A stretch of 64,000 bases of DNA, taken from positions 19,668,803 through 19,732,802 of the forward strand of contig OZ316895.1 of assembly GCA_973895155.1 (NCBI GenBank), given 5' to 3'. The notes under the pieces are model-generated. The model worked only from the letters and a program-made list of their open reading frames with translations. It searched no databases and had not been told where the DNA came from. Both the position numbers and the translations under genes were made by a program. Below, in pieces: positions 24,574 through 38,543 of this stretch; the stretch's first letter is position 1; each line of letters starts with the position of its first letter. The stretch comes from Marsupella aquatica (Eukaryota; Plantae; Marchantiophyta).

Positions 24574-25972
24574 ACACGCGGTCAGCCCCGTCCCGTGACC
24601 GCCATTCCCATCACGGTATAACTGAGTAAAGTGTTGTGTCGTCAACGGTCCGTTTTTGCAGGGAGGTTGATGAGGGCAGTACAGTAAAAAAAGCAAGGCT
24701 CAGTAAACTTGACGCGCATTTTTAAGGGAGACTGACACCTGTCTGCTGTCCGTAGGGTGTCAACTGGTCATTGGCACGTACTTGCAGAAATTTTAAGTGC
24801 ATTAAATGAAAGTACCAATTTGTCATACATGCAGGTGGGTTAAGTGGATTTTTGCTTTCAAAGTGTCCAAATGTGATGTGTATCACACTTCTTTGCTAAG
24901 CCCATCTAACTGGTCACAAAGCAACCATATTGCCAAAGAATTAAAAATGCCAGATACTATAGAAGGGGGAAATGAGCCAAAGAACAGAAATGCTAAATTG
25001 GGACATAGGATCGCAAAGAGTGGAGATACAAATAAACAACTACAAACATCACACTGCAAAAGAGAACAGGAGGCACCAAAGATGGGACAGAGGGCCCCAC
25101 AAGCAAAAGACCCAATAAAGGAGAGCCCAGCAAAAAATTCATAATTATAAAAAAGGCCCACCTAAGGGACCCTGTTCTGTCAGCAAACTGCAGAGCCTGA
25201 TAGAGCTCTGGGGTGAAGTGCATAGGGGGGTCTAACAACGGAACCTGACTAGCGGCCCTAGTGCCAATTGTCTCACCCCTACAAAGAAAAGTGAATGTCT
25301 GAGCCCATTGGAGTGTAATCGACACTCTCTGTTGAAAAAAGGCTGTGATAACAGACAAAGGGAAAAACAAAGGGAAACAAAGGAATACCAAGAAGTCAGT
25401 CATAGAGTTCCCACAATGGCAAAGAAACTCAAGCCCTGCTCGTACATTGAAATGCCTAGTAAAAATCAAGAGTAAACTGTATAAGACGGTCATCATGCAA
25501 AAGTTGTTGCTCCACACAAGATACTTTATATGATAAGAAAGGAGGGATGACTAGGACCGAGAGTGACTCTCCCAGTCAACCAGTTACCTCCATTAGACTG
25601 ATTAAAGTACCTAGTGTGGCTGCGCAAACAGTGCTACCCCAAAATGATTGAGCTAATTATAGCTATGTTCACTTAGTTGTGCAGTGTAAAACTGTGTTTG
25701 TTGAAATTGCAGTCTTGTAAAGTGTGGTCAAATGAGACTAGTTCTCACTAGTACCTTTGAAGTGATATATTGGTACAAATTAACTTGTTCACCCACAGAA
25801 TGGCTCTTGTCAGTGGGAGTGGGGCATCATGCTCCCATCTCCGATCCCTCACTTAGCTTCCATGACGCGAGAAAGTCAACCAAAATTAGCATTTCAAAGT
25901 TTTGAACTCAGGATAATTCCTTGCTACTGAGCTACATAAGATGGTAACAAATTTTGAAATATAAACGCATAA

Positions 25973-28039
25973 TGTTAAGATACTACAGTTAAGTTACTAG
26001 TGTTACTAACCTAACCCTAGTTAGGAACACACTTTGTAACCTCATCACTATATATAAAGTAACACCACCCAAGGGAGAAGTTATCATTCAGTTGGAGATT
26101 AAATTGAACACGTTATTAGCACTCGACTCTCCGAGACTGAGCAAGAGGCTATGGCAAATTGATCCTGCAAGGCTATGGCGGATTGAATCTGAAATAAATC
26201 CATGGGAGATTGGAAAATTGAAGGAAGGCGAGAGAAAAAAGTTTATCACAGAGCCTAGATATACGTGGTAGCCCACCACGAAACTCTGGAGGAGAGAAAG
26301 AGATCGAAAGAGACATAAAGGGAGAACTTAGAAACAACCAGGAACTCAAAAGAGGCTGGAACGACGCTTACTCATATAAGGCATTCGAGATGAATTGATA
26401 AGGACAGAATTGAAAAGGAAGAACAAAGAGAGTCGAGCAAGGAGAAGCTGTGGACAGAATTCATAAGGACAGCCCACAATTGATGTTGTCTGAAGAAATA
26501 GAAAAGCCGGGTGGAAGCGAAGAGAGCAGAAGCAGAAACTGAAAAATGAAACAGATAAGCACAAGCAAAAGACAGAATAACAGAGAAAGGAATTGATAAG
26601 GACAAGAACAGTAACAGCAGGTCCCGACAGGAGGAGATTAAGAAATCAAAAATGGAAGAACAAGGAATCACAATTCCCGATAGCAGAGCAGAAGAACAAA
26701 AGAGCCTATCTGAAATCAAATGAAAGGGGAGATCGCAACCTCATAAGGTCCCAAGATTACTGAAACCCGAAATATACAGAGGAGGCGAGTTGATCGATTA
26801 AGCATCTAACAGGCCCTGAAATGATAAGGAGCAAAAATCAAAGGAAGAAGAATCAGGACAGCAAAGAAAGAGAAACAAACAATTCAATATGTACAAAGCA
26901 CATCCTCTAACTTCTCCTATGGAAGTACGATCTCTAGACATAGACAAGGAATGATGCATTGAGGAAGAGAAATGAAAACGAACCACTACTCGGTCCTGAA
27001 AAACCATATTTATCAGCAATAGGAGCACTCATGTTTCTAGCTAACCAAACACGACAGACATTTCTTTTATAGTAAACATACTAGCCAGACACAGTGCACA
27101 ACCTACCATAGGCCATTGGAATGGCATAAAAATAATAATGCGTTACCTTCAAGGAACTATTGATATGGGACTATATTTCCCTGATAACACTAATAAGAAC
27201 TTAATAGGCTACGCAGACGCTGGATATTTATCAGACCCAGACGACGCTAAATCATAGACCGGTTACGTATTTCTATATGGCACCACAGCCATTTCCTGGA
27301 AAAGCACTAATTAAACAACACTAACATGCACTTCATCTAACCACGCCAAAATCATTGCATTATATGAAGCTAGCAGAAAGTGTATTTGGCTAAGAAGAGT
27401 AACCGACCATATTAATACAAACTGCAGCTTACCAGCACTAACCAAACCTACTACACTATTCGAAGACAATCAAGCATGTGTTGAGCAGGTCTCAAAAGGA
27501 TTCATCAAAGGAGACGGCATCAAGCATATTGCACCAAAATTCTTCTTCACCCACGAACAACAAGGAGACACCATTCAAGTGAAGAAGATTGCAAGCAAAG
27601 ACAACCATGCAGATTTATTCACAAAAGCCTTGACTCCAGCACTACATACTATTCATTGTCAAGGCATAGGTTTAAGTAGACTATCAAAACTCAGAGATTA
27701 AAAATAATGCTTAACTCTAGATAGCCATAAACTTTGTACTCTTATTTGTAAAGGTGGTTGTACTCTTTCCCTCGCAGGAGTATGAGAGGGTTTTAATGAG
27801 GCAACACCTACATAAGAACAAAGTACAAAACATAAGACTTTTTGTTGGAGAACTTAACTAGTATAGAGTTGCTTGCATTACTCCCATAATACAATCAAGG
27901 GGGAGTGTTAAGATACTACAGTTAAGTTACTAGGGTTACTAACCTAACCCTAGTTAGGAACACACTTTGTAACCTCATCACTATATATAAACACCACTCG
28001 AGGGATAAGTTATCATTCAATTGGAGATGATATTGAACA
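25973..28039 (+). mobile_element. Internally deleted Ty1/Copia LTR retrotransposon, Bianca-like
   Basis: LTRs TGTTAAG...TGAACA at 25973-26110 and 27906-28039, with TSD CATAA on both sides. PBS-like CGTTATTAGCAC follows the 5' LTR and PPT CAAGGGGGAG precedes the 3' LTR. A decayed RT/RNase H at ~27005-27700 reads YLSAIGALMFLAN, GYADAGYLSDP, TGYVF, TSSNHAKIIALYEASR, ADLFTK. Confidence 0.92.
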
Positions 28040-28129
28040 CATAACTCATTTTCTAACTCAATACTTGGGTGGTACTCAGGTTCTGCCAACTGCATCATTT
28101 GGCAAAACAAATGAATGCTTACTAATTTT

Positions 28130-29022
28130 GCCTAGAAGGAGTAATCTTTAATCTGTATTATATCATATACCCCTGTTATCTAAACACTATAGTTTCTTAT
28201 GGTCTTTTAGTTTCTCCTGGTTTTTTGGTTTTTCGTGGTTTGTTATGAAAAATCCTTATTAAATAAGACATTGTTTTAATACATAAGTTGTGACTACAGG
28301 AATGTGGTCGGAAACGGTTTCCCTTCCGTCATGAACGCAAGATTTCACAAAGTGACACCATAATTGGTTCCTATTGCTACTGTAGTTGCAATCTAATCTA
28401 GATTGATCGTAGCTAGTGGTCAGACTTCTTGGTCTATCTCATAAATTGAGGCCCCATACGAGTGTCGACATAGAGATAGCTATCCACCATATCCAGATGA
28501 TCCACCAGCCTGTTCTAGGCTCTGGCCTTAGACCCATGAATAAACTCCGATGGCATGGGCCAGCCACATCATCCCACAGATCCATCATGTTCCAATCACC
28601 ACAAATGATCTAGTTGGACTCTTTGAGATTCTTCAATAGCCACTTCCAAAGATCAATCCGGTTCCGCAGTTTGTTTGGAGCATACATAGAGTCGATGTTG
28701 ATCTCTCCAATGCTAGATTGAATCATAGCCCAAACAAAAGAGCCATCCCCTTTCCCACGCTGGCCCAAATGGGGAACGTCTTCAATATCAATAACATTGC
28801 CCCACTTTCCCTTCCTCAGTGCAGTCAACAATTTTTGCATCGTCTAGATTTATATGACCAAGTTGAAAAAGTGCCTTTCTCTCTTTAATCTTGAGTTCTT
28901 GGAAGCAACAGATGGATTGCTCCAACTGGTTGTTTTGAATCCATTTGCGCATTTGATTTAGCCTCACCGGGTCACCCATCCCCTTGACGTTCCACTGGCT
29001 AACAATGAATTAAATGTCACTC
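28130..29022 (-). mobile_element. L1-type LINE ORF2 endonuclease remnant
   Basis: APE motifs on the minus strand, broken by stops and frameshifts: SQWNVKG, CCFQELK, SMYAPN, ICGDWNM, SRLD, SDHIP. Confidence 0.8.
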
Positions 29023-29259
29023 ATATATCATACTACAATTTTTGTTTTGTGGGCCGGGAGTGTAATATATTGGTCCAGCTGTCTTGGTATCCCCTGTCTC
29101 CTTTGTCGCCTTCTCTACCCCCCGCTCTACCCTTCCTTAATACATGTTTCTCTCCTTGAGTGTTGTTGGTTTTCATTTTTGCTTGTTCAAAGTGGAGATG
29201 TGACGGGGTTCCCGTCACTGAAAATCCTCAATAATTGTTTACTGGGTTGTGCCATATAA

Positions 29260-32200
29260 ATAACCATTGTACATAAGCCGTTTTTTTTTGTTTTTAGTTA
29301 ATTCCGTTGCTATGCCCCGGAGGCCTATACTTATGTTTTTGGATGCCTACGACTCCCCAGCAAGCAAGGATGTTGGGACCTTGAAACTAGGGTCGGTCTA
29401 ATCGGACGCCCCGTTTCCCTTAGGCCCTTAGTTCCTTTTTGTGTTGATGAGACCCCAATAAGGTTTGGGAGGAGGAGCGCTAATTTTCACTAAACCCCGG
29501 AAGAGGGAGACGCCATCAGAGGAGCGTTAAGGGAAGGCTTCAGGGGGAAGTTAAATCCCCCAATACGAGCTGTTGGGGCGAGGTTGCAGCCGGTGCGCTC
29601 GGGAATTTAGGGGGGGTTAAAAATTCCCCAGAGGAGACCCCGCGAGTGAACGGAAGGGGGAGGAGGCAAGCCAGTGGCTGGCGGCCGCGAGCCCTGCATA
29701 GGACCGCGAGCCCACCAGCTGTAACCGAGAAGGAGGAGCCAGGTACGTGGGGGTTTTTTTTATTCCCCAAAAGGGGCGCTACGGAGGGGCATTGCGCTAC
29801 GGAGAGCCGGGGCGAGCCGAGGCGCAGCCGGGCCACAGCCAGCGTAAGGAGGAAGCGGTCGTGGGGTGGGGGGGTATTAAGCCCTCCCGTGAGCGAGGCG
29901 CCGGGGTAGCGGAGCGCTTAGGCAGCCGGGGAGAAAAAAAAAGAGGAATCAGGGGTCCAGCGAGCTGAAGGCAGCAAGTAGGATGGGAGCCGGGCCCATG
30001 AGGGGCGAGTAATGGTGAGGAGGGGGGTATTAAACCCTCCTGCGAGCAGGGAGCAGGACCAGGCGCGCCCTGCATAGGGCCGCACGCACTTAATGGCACC
30101 GCGAGTCGGAGGAGGTACGGGGCGCACATTAAACCCTCCTGGAGACGGGCCGAAGTGAGTTGGAAGGGGGAGGAAGGCGCTGCCGTAGGGTGCTGCCGGG
30201 CAGCGGGGCGCCCTGCATAGGGCTGCGTGAAGGTGGGGGGGAAATTAAATTCCCCCGGCCTCGGAGGGACGGGGCACATGAAGCCGAGCGGGGACGGAGC
30301 GTGAGGGGGGCCGCGTGTCAGCATACGCAAGCCGTTCATAGGGCCGCGAGCCGGGGCGCAAGGTGAAAGGGGTTTTCCTTCCCTTTCCCCTACATTAGCC
30401 ATTTTTTCCCTCCTTCCCTACTTTCTACGCGCGCGAATTCCCTCTTTGCCGAAAGCAATTTCTCTCTTTGCTGAAAGCAATTTCTCTCATTGCCCAAAGC
30501 TCTCTCCAACTCTTGCAATTATTTTTGAAGCTCTCTCATGGTTGATTATGGGAGCTTGGTGACTCATTTTTTTGGACATTAGAGACAACGGCATTGAGTG
30601 ACTTTGGGGGAAATTAAGGGTGGTTCTTAATTGCGATACAGGGGCCGTTTGGGCCAGGATTTGAATGTGGTGACGGGATTTTGTGATTGGGAATTGTTCC
30701 TGGGCATGGATGCTTGATCAGCCTGAGTTCAGCGCGGCTCGCATTCGTAGATACAAAGCCGCTTACCGTGAGTACATTGCGACACTAATTGAGGAGAAGA
30801 GAGGAGATAGCAGAGCGGCAATGAGCACTGGACCGGCAGCAAGTCCAGCACCGGTTATGAGGAAGGTTTTCCGTCGAATTTATCCCAAGACCTCTGCCAA
30901 GGTGATGGAGGATTGCAAAGCTATGTTCCAGGCCACCAGGCTCACCGACTTCATGAGAGTAGAGATTAGAATCCCTCCAGGGAAGAGTTGGGACTTGGAG
31001 GCTGGAATGGAATTGCGCACAGAGGGGATTTATTTCGCATATATTCAGCGTTTGGTACCTCATGCCGAATTGGCTAAGCTGTTGTTTTTGGAGAACCAAC
31101 AGTTCTCATTCACCCCCCAGAACATTATCTGGGATCTCACGTTGACAATGGTGGCATGTTGGGTGAACAATCCTACCTCCACCACGGCCATTCACCTCTC
31201 GGCCATCAAGGATGCAGCGCACAAGGGATTTCTGGCCAAGGTTCATCAACGGGTCCTTGGTAATGTGCAATCCGGAGTAGTGAACGGGGAACATTTCATA
31301 ATCGCTCTGGATATTCAGAAATATCCAGCGCATGCTTACGGATGGTGGTATTACGGATTGACAAGGCTATTGGCTGCTGAACCCAAGAGTCTGAAACCAG
31401 GGGGAGCTTTGCATTTGATGGGATCATTTTTGTTGGCCAGGGCAAAAGGATTGATTACCTCCCCGGGGCCCGAAGAAGCTGGGTCATCCCTTACCACGGA
31501 AATCCGCAACATTGCCACTACCATCTTGGGGAAACTCACGGAGGTGTCAACAGTGTCAGCAGGAATAGGAGACAGTCATGTGGTGGAAGACATCCAGGAT
31601 GAGGAGTACACATTGGAGTGGCTGGAATCTCTGGTGGGGAACCCAGAGGAGCCCCTTGCCTATGACATACTAGAGGTCTACTTAGCGGAATTACGAGATT
31701 TTTGTGAAGGGGCCCATGAGGGGCTCAAGCTAGCCCACACATTGGAAGATGCGCTCAAACAGGCCAACGCAAGGGTGGAAACATTGCAGCAGGGTGCCAC
31801 ATCGATGAAGGAGGTGATAAAAGCTAAGGAGGAGGCCATACAAGAGAAGGCCAAGCTTCTCCAAGCGGCTCAAGTGGAGATTTCTCACTTGAGAGGGGCC
31901 TTGTCTACTAAGGCCAAAGAAGCGGAGGAAGTTGGAGTGTTGAGAGAAGCATTGGCCAAAGAGAAGCGAAGCACGGGAGAAGTGGAGAGGTTAAGAGGCC
32001 AGATTGCAGAACTACGGAGTCAGGTGGGGATCTTTGAGACTAGGGCCAAAAGGAGTGAGGCCTTGAGTCTAGGGAAGCGGAAAAGTCCCTGCCCACGTAC
32101 CTAGCTCCAGGCTTTCCCCTGACCTGGTCTCCAAGGCCATTGAGATGGTGGTGAAGGAAGTAACTAAGTGAAAAGTACGGTCCCTTGTTGGAAGCTGCCA

Positions 32201-33438
32201 AGAAGAATCAGGAGAAGAGTAAAAGCTTGGAGAAGAAGCTCAAGGAGGTACGTAAGTTGTTACAGGAGGCCCAGGGCAATACGGGAACCCCGGGGATGCC
32301 GCCCAGATTTGTGACACCAGGGACTCCCATGGCCACCGGACAGGTTTTACCGTTGGAGTTGCAATCTGGAGAGGAGGCTGCCTTGTGGAAGGATACCATC
32401 GGTGAGGGCTATGTCAAGGCTTGGCAAGCCTTGGCGGCATTGAGGAAGCAAGGGAGCACTAGCGGGAGGAGTACATCTATGAAGAAGAAGAGAAGCGGAG
32501 TAGTCTCCACTCCGATTGAGAGCGACGAAGAGACCAACTCACGGGGCTCAAGCCATGGCACTGTGAGTGAGGGGGAGGAGGACTAGGGTAGCCGTACGGA
32601 CTTGTCGTATGACCTCTGGATTTTGAAACTTTTTGGAAGGGTGCACTCACGGGCTTGTTGGAAGGAGCTTGCGGAGCTGATTCCAACAAGAGGCAGCGCT
32701 CCTCAAACAGAGCCAGGATGAGTAAGTTAGAGCCCGACAAAGTTGGTGAGTAAGTGATATTGAAACGACCATAACTTGGTCGTTTGGCGTCCGTTTCGAG
32801 AGCGGTTTTGTGATTCATGATCAGGAGGAGTAGGGCTACCCAGGGGTGAGCTCAGAGGTGCAATCAGAGTGGCAGCTTGTTTCGGCAATTGTGAGGTCCC
32901 TTGCATTTTTCATGGTTCACGGAGTAAGGTTGGGGCGCCGTCGAATGCACTGTTGGTCCCATTATTAGATTAGGGTTTTAGGAGCATGTGTGTGCTGCAT
33001 GCTTTAGGATTAGGGATTTCTTTCGTGAAGGTTTTAGCGGTGCCGCTAGGGTAGCCGCCATCCTTGTGATCCCGTGAGGGGTGCTTTGGTGTGTTGTTTT
33101 GAGTATTTAAGGGGAGAGCCCCGTAGTAGTGAGGGGGGGAACTCAGTCTAGTGTTTGCTTAAGGAAGTTAGCTCATAGCCAGAAGAGGGAATCAAGCCAG
33201 AGTAGTGAGGTAGAGGTGTAGCACTTGCCCCAGTGAGGCAATAGTTGGGCAGACGGCAGGAGGCCGGGTTGTTCTTGCAATGTGTTACGACGTTTTGCCA
33301 AAAGATATGGATTTGGTTTGATTCCTCAAGTTTTGGTGTGGCTATCTTTTCTGGTTCACGATTGTGTTCTTTCCCCAAGAAGTGTCTAAGGAATACTTGC
33401 ACGGATTGGTCGACCATGTGAGTAGGGGGGTGGTGACA
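29260..33438 (+). mobile_element. Probable Ty3/Gypsy-like element 3' region: GC-rich repeat leader, extra ORF and putative LTR (~32603-33438)
   Basis: GC-rich recurring motifs (GGGGGGTATTAA(A/G)CCCTCC, CCCTGCATAGG), a long intron-poor ORF, and a purine tract followed by a segment TGTC...GGTGACA containing GAGTATTTAAGG. No pol is visible and the boundaries are uncertain. Confidence 0.45.
30683..32586 (+). pseudogene. TE-associated ORF of unknown function with C-terminal coiled coil, disrupted near 32100-32185
   Basis: A 473-aa ORF plus a 133-aa continuation. The heptad-rich E/K/A/L segment runs across the break. A candidate splice acceptor TGCGATACAG lies at ~30641. Confidence 0.55.
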
Positions 33439-33789
33439 GCACTCCTCCAGCGACCAGTAGGAGTGTGTGTGTGGCGTAGTCCATGGGACTTGATCAAAAG
33501 TAGCGGGACTAGTCGGTAGACTTGATCAAAAACTACATTTCCGAGAGGGGAATAAACATACTCATCCTACTTACAATAGAATCCTAATAGCGTCCCTCCA
33601 CGTTCCCATCATACGATAACAAACGATTTTAGTAGGAGTAAATATGTATTTGTTGTGTAAATCGTTTGATAAGCAGGTGACAGGAGGGCTTTGTGCCTTA
33701 TGTGCGTTCAACATCATTGTAGTGGATTTCTTCTAGAAGGACATCTGCCATTCTCTAGTCACCTGCAAAAGCAAGGATCACAAGTGGGT

Positions 33790-33990
33790 CCCTAGGCCCT
33801 CAGTCCGGGTAAAATTAGTGAACCTCTATGATTGTGACCCTGTTGCTCTTGCCCCTTGTTATTTCTATTTTTCTATAAAAAGTTATTTTGTTACTAGTAA
33901 TATTAGTAATTATTAGTTCAAAATGAATAAAAACCAATCTTCAAGCATTTGCACTTACTCTGCATATTATCTAAGACTGAGGGCCCAAGA
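33790..33990. mobile_element. ~200-bp MITE, older copy of the CCCTGGGCCCTCA family
   Basis: CCCTAGGCCCTCAGT...ACTGAGGGCCCAAGA, with an interior homologous to the 42728 and 45713 copies. Degenerate 8-bp TSD AAGTGGGT/AGATGGGT. Confidence 0.75.
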
Positions 33991-34739
33991 AGATGGGTAA
34001 GTGCTATTTTTTGTTTTTTTGTTTGTTGCTTTACTTGGGTCCCTGAATTAGTTGCAAGATTAGTTGGAGAGGAGCCAGGTCCAGCTCCCCACATAGTAAC
34101 TGGCGAGCTTGCTGCTTTCCGTGTATTTTTGGCATTTTGAGTCTCCATGGGTTCAACTTTTGCACCCAATTAAGCTCCTCTATTTATGCTCCCTTCCTTG
34201 ATAGGTTCAGTCATAGTGGGAGGTCCTTGAATATCAGCAGAATTGATCCCCAAATGTTCTCCCTTCTTGTTTGTGTTGGTCTCTGCTTGATTGAACTGGT
34301 TAATTCTGATGTTCTCCACGTGCAATTGGTCAATTGCTCAAACAAGAGTGGATGTCTCCAATCCATCTTCATCAAGGATCAAGTTTGCAAGGGATAGAGA
34401 GACCGTTGTCTTTTGTACAGGTTTGGTTATCATATGCATGGCCAAATCAGTGCTACCTTGGTCTCATGTCTTTCTAGAGCAATGGTCATTTCGTCCGTCT
34501 CCTGTCCACAAATTACAATAGAAGTTCAATCCAAGCCGATGATTCCATGACTCTAGCCAAGATCAAGCCAAACCAATAATTCTAGACAATGATCAATGGA
34601 ATATGTATTTATTGTTGTAAAAGTCATATCAAAGACGTTGTCGTAAGGAAATTAGAATATATGAAGAATAACTTGGTTTTGTATGAAAATATAAAAGTGG
34701 AGATTTTCAATAAGATTTATATGGTAACAAGTAGATTTT

Positions 34740-35145
34740 TGGTTTTTACCAAGTAAAATTGTAAGTCTTGGTAATTTTCAAGATCCACCATAGTAAATAG
34801 TAATTTCTAGAATTTATCATAGTAAAAAGGTAAATTCCGGTAGTTTCTTGGATCTACCATAGTAAATAGTAATTTCTAGAATTTACCATATAATAAAAGG
34901 TAAATTATGGTAATTTCTTGAATCTATCATAGTAAATAATAATTTCTAAAATTTACCATAGTAAAAAGGTAAATTATGGTAATTTCTTGAATCTACCATA
35001 GTAAATAGTAATTTCTAGTATTTACCATAGTAAAAAGGTAAATTCTGGTAACTTCTAGAATTTACCATAGTAAAAAAATAAGTTCTAGAATTTATTGTGG
35101 TCAAAAAGTAAAATCTAGTAAGTTCTAGTAAGTTCTAGTAAAGTT
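34740..35145. repeat. Minisatellite, ~69-bp period with CCATAGTAAA subunits, probably inside an LTR-like sequence
   Basis: CCATAGTAAATAGTAATTTCTAG recurs at ~34788, 34857, 34927 and 34996. CTATAAATAAG follows at ~35194. Confidence 0.8.
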
Positions 35146-37665
35146 TAGCTTCTAGGATATTCTTGTAAAGGGACGAGTGCGGCTTGGCTTCAACTATAAA
35201 TAAGATGGAGACTCGCCCTCCCAAGGGAGTCCATTTTTCCAGCATTTCAAACATATGAGTGTGAGGATAGAGAGTGCATAGAGCGCATATTGTGTGCATT
35301 TGCATTAGAAGAATGCTTGAATATTGGTTCTAGGACTAACAAAATGGTTATGCCGTCGGTTTCTATAGTGGAAGGGTTCTAAGTTTCTTGATTCTTGGTC
35401 ATGGAAGACATTGCCACCACTCAAGTACCTTGAAGATGGAGCTTTGAATCTGGCAAGGTTGGCTATGCCGCCAATACCATAGATATATAATGTCTAAAAA
35501 CCTATGATCAAGTAGGGACGGCTCTACCGCCAAACCTCGATCTTTTAATTAGAAAGCATATAGGAAATATGAATGTCAATATTGATTTGAATGAGAGTCC
35601 GCAAATTCTGAATTTGCATTTTACGGTGAGCATTAAGTTGATAGTAAAGAGGATGGTAGATATTAGGCAAGTTCTTACATAAAAGTTTGGGGAAGAAGGA
35701 TACATTACGATTATTGCATCGTCGGATCCATTAATACTATATAGATGCACAGATGGGGATGTGAGTGTGTTCATAATAGTGTAATAGATGAGAGATCATA
35801 GTCGAGAGTTGAAAGAAGCACGTAGAGAAAATTATCACTTGGAGGAGAGATTTGTGGAGTGTGGACCTAGCCCCGACTACTCTGGTGTTATTGCCAATAT
35901 CTGGAGTAGATCACACATATCTCTTGGTACCAAAAGTGCTTAGGAGTCCTTGCGGAAAAGGGTACGCCCTTCCCACCCAACTTATCTGGAGAAAACCGCA
36001 GAGGCATAGGGGAACCCAAGGAACTTGAGAAATGGTCGGGAGGGGACAAGGCTCTCAAAGAAATTGGTTCTAAGCATGAGGTCTCTTACAAGTGATAAAT
36101 AGCATAATTAGCACATGGAGCCAAGCATCCGATGTGTTTTTGAGAGCTTACTATTCCCAGGACAACGCGTAGATTGAGGTAAAAAGCAGCAATGGTGTGA
36201 GGCTTTATTTGAGTACCTGATGTATTTTTATTGTTGAAAGTGCTATTAGCAACCATCAAGTGAATCTTTGATTGATCAGCTAATGCATTTGTTGCTATGA
36301 AAGCTCTTTGCTATCACTATTTGCAGATGTCCCACTCTTTTTCTTCCTTGTAGTTTTCAAGGGGATGGACTCATCTTCTTCTACTCTCTCTTGTTTTTTT
36401 GGGTAGTATTATTCTCAACTTCCTTGGCGACTTCGATCCCAAGAAGCAACATCCTTGGCAACAACTTCCTTGGTGACTTCGATCCCTATCACTTGTCTAT
36501 ATGATATATTTGCAATTTTGGAAAGGAAATATGATCACTCAGGCTACAAAAATGCACAAACCATCTCTCCGAGTTTGGATCCCGGAGAGCAAGAATCTTT
36601 GTAACAATAGGATCATCCTTGTACGATGTCATCAAAACTAGGTCAAATTTCTCATAGGTAAGAAGAACAGAAGAAAATCCCTTTGTCATGGCCATCACTA
36701 GGAACATTAATGCTTTCTTTTATTTTGTACCCTTTCCCCGCTTCTCCTGGAAATCTGCCATGCTCACCGCCAATACTGGACCCAAAAAAAATGACTCTAT
36801 CTTCTTGATTTGGACAAATAGGACTGGTCCTTTGTATTGGTTGTTTGGATCCATAATCGGACCATCTCGGAGTTACTTAGATTGAGTCACAAATTTCTCC
36901 TCTGGAGAGATCATCTCATCTTGCCTAATAATGTTGTAGATTGACCCCATAGTCTACATTTTTTCCATGGAAGCCTTCTTGCTTCCACTTGACATCCTAA
37001 ATGGCAAAAACAAACTAGCTCCTACCTAAACAGTTGAGGAATGAAAAATCTGATACTTAGTATCAAATTTGGTATTGCTCCAGGAAAAACACAAAAGTCT
37101 CAAATTGTTTTTTCAAAATCCCGTGTTTGGAGGAACTTTAGCTTATCAAGAGAATTTGGAACTATTTCTCAACTCAGTTCAGGTTCTAGTTGAAGCTCAC
37201 GTTGAATTCTAGTTGAAGCTCAAGAGAATGAGATCAAGGAGCAAAAAAAGTGAGTGAACAAAGCTTCAGAACTAAGTCACCAAAGTCTCTTGCACGCCTG
37301 TTTAATTTTTGTGACGAGTTGCAAAATCTGATTTTCCCTAAATTTCTTGATTCTCAACAAAAATCAGAGTATATAGAATCAAAAGATGCAAAATTCCAAG
37401 GCGTTTCCAATAGTTCATCAATATTTTGGATTCACTCTCGAGGGTTTCACTTCCACAAAAATGGCATATCACGTGCGACAAATGATAGGGTCATTTTATT
37501 GGTTCTAAGGAAAGACTTAAGAATTTTTGTAGAAGAACAATAGGGTCTTTTAAATTCAATTTTGAGACTTATAAGAATATTAGGGTGCTTTAATCCAATT
37601 TTTAGAATATTCCAAGAATATTCCAACTTTATAGGGGTTAAAAAATTAAAAAAAATTCTTACATT

Positions 37666-37930
37666 TTAGGGGGTCCGAGGCCTATAAACGTCGCAGGCAA
37701 TGGGGAGGTCCTCATATAGTGAGACCCCTGAGGATTCATTAAGACATTGAGGAGTAATCGTTGAAATTGATTCATAAAAAGTAACTCCAATGATAAACAT
37801 AATTTTTCTACAATAAGATGCAAAACTCAATTTGCCTATCTTTTTTGTTTTTGCATGGAAATTAGCTCGGGGGGTCACTATATGGAGGGCCATACATCGC
37901 GTGCGACGTTTTAGGGTTTGACCCCCTAAC
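37666..37930. mobile_element. MITE-like element with ~60-bp imperfect TIRs
   Basis: TTAGGGGGTC..AAACGTCGCA..CCTCATATAGTGAGACCCC is mirrored by GGGGGTCACTATATGGAGG..TGCGACGTTTT..GACCCCCTAA. Confidence 0.6.
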
Positions 37931-38543
37931 TTATAAGTGAATTTTTTTTCTTTTGCAAAACCTTTTCTTTCTTTAAATTTTGTCATTTTTTACTAAAAAA
38001 CCCCTAAAAACTTTAAAGAAAGTATTTTTTACAATTAAATAGGCCTATGTGTTCCATAAAGTCAACCAGTTAATAAAACATGCCCTATGTGTTCTTCCAC
38101 CAAACTTTGGAAGTCTTCTGCCACACCCATTTAAATGGGCCCATACTTCGTCGCACGTGATGTGTCACTTCCGTGGAAGTGACCCCCCCCCGAGGAAATT
38201 AGAGGATATAGAGTCAAAAGATGCAGACAAGTACTTTCCTACCCACCATGAATTATATACTTTGGTCCATTCAGTGCTTGATTAATAATAGGAATTCAAA
38301 GATAAAAATTATTAGGAAATGACAACTACAAATCCATGAGGCAAAAGAAATGGACAATAGAGCTCTGAGCAAAAGGCTGTAGATATTGTATCTCAACTTA
38401 ATCAATCTTTGTTCACAATTATTGTAGAAAACATTGTAGTTTGTATAGCAAGGCAAACTGAGACAATGTCATCAATTCCTGGTCAACAAAACCTGTTCAA
38501 TATTTCATACACAACCACTAGTCAACAACCACTTGCTAAACTT

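Noticed and set aside
24806-25533. Overlapping 92-174 aa ORFs
   Set aside because: No recognisable motifs; the compositionally skewed sequence is probably TE-derived.
34740-35145. CRISPR-like periodic array
   Set aside because: The intervening sequences are themselves repeated, so this is a minisatellite without unique spacers.
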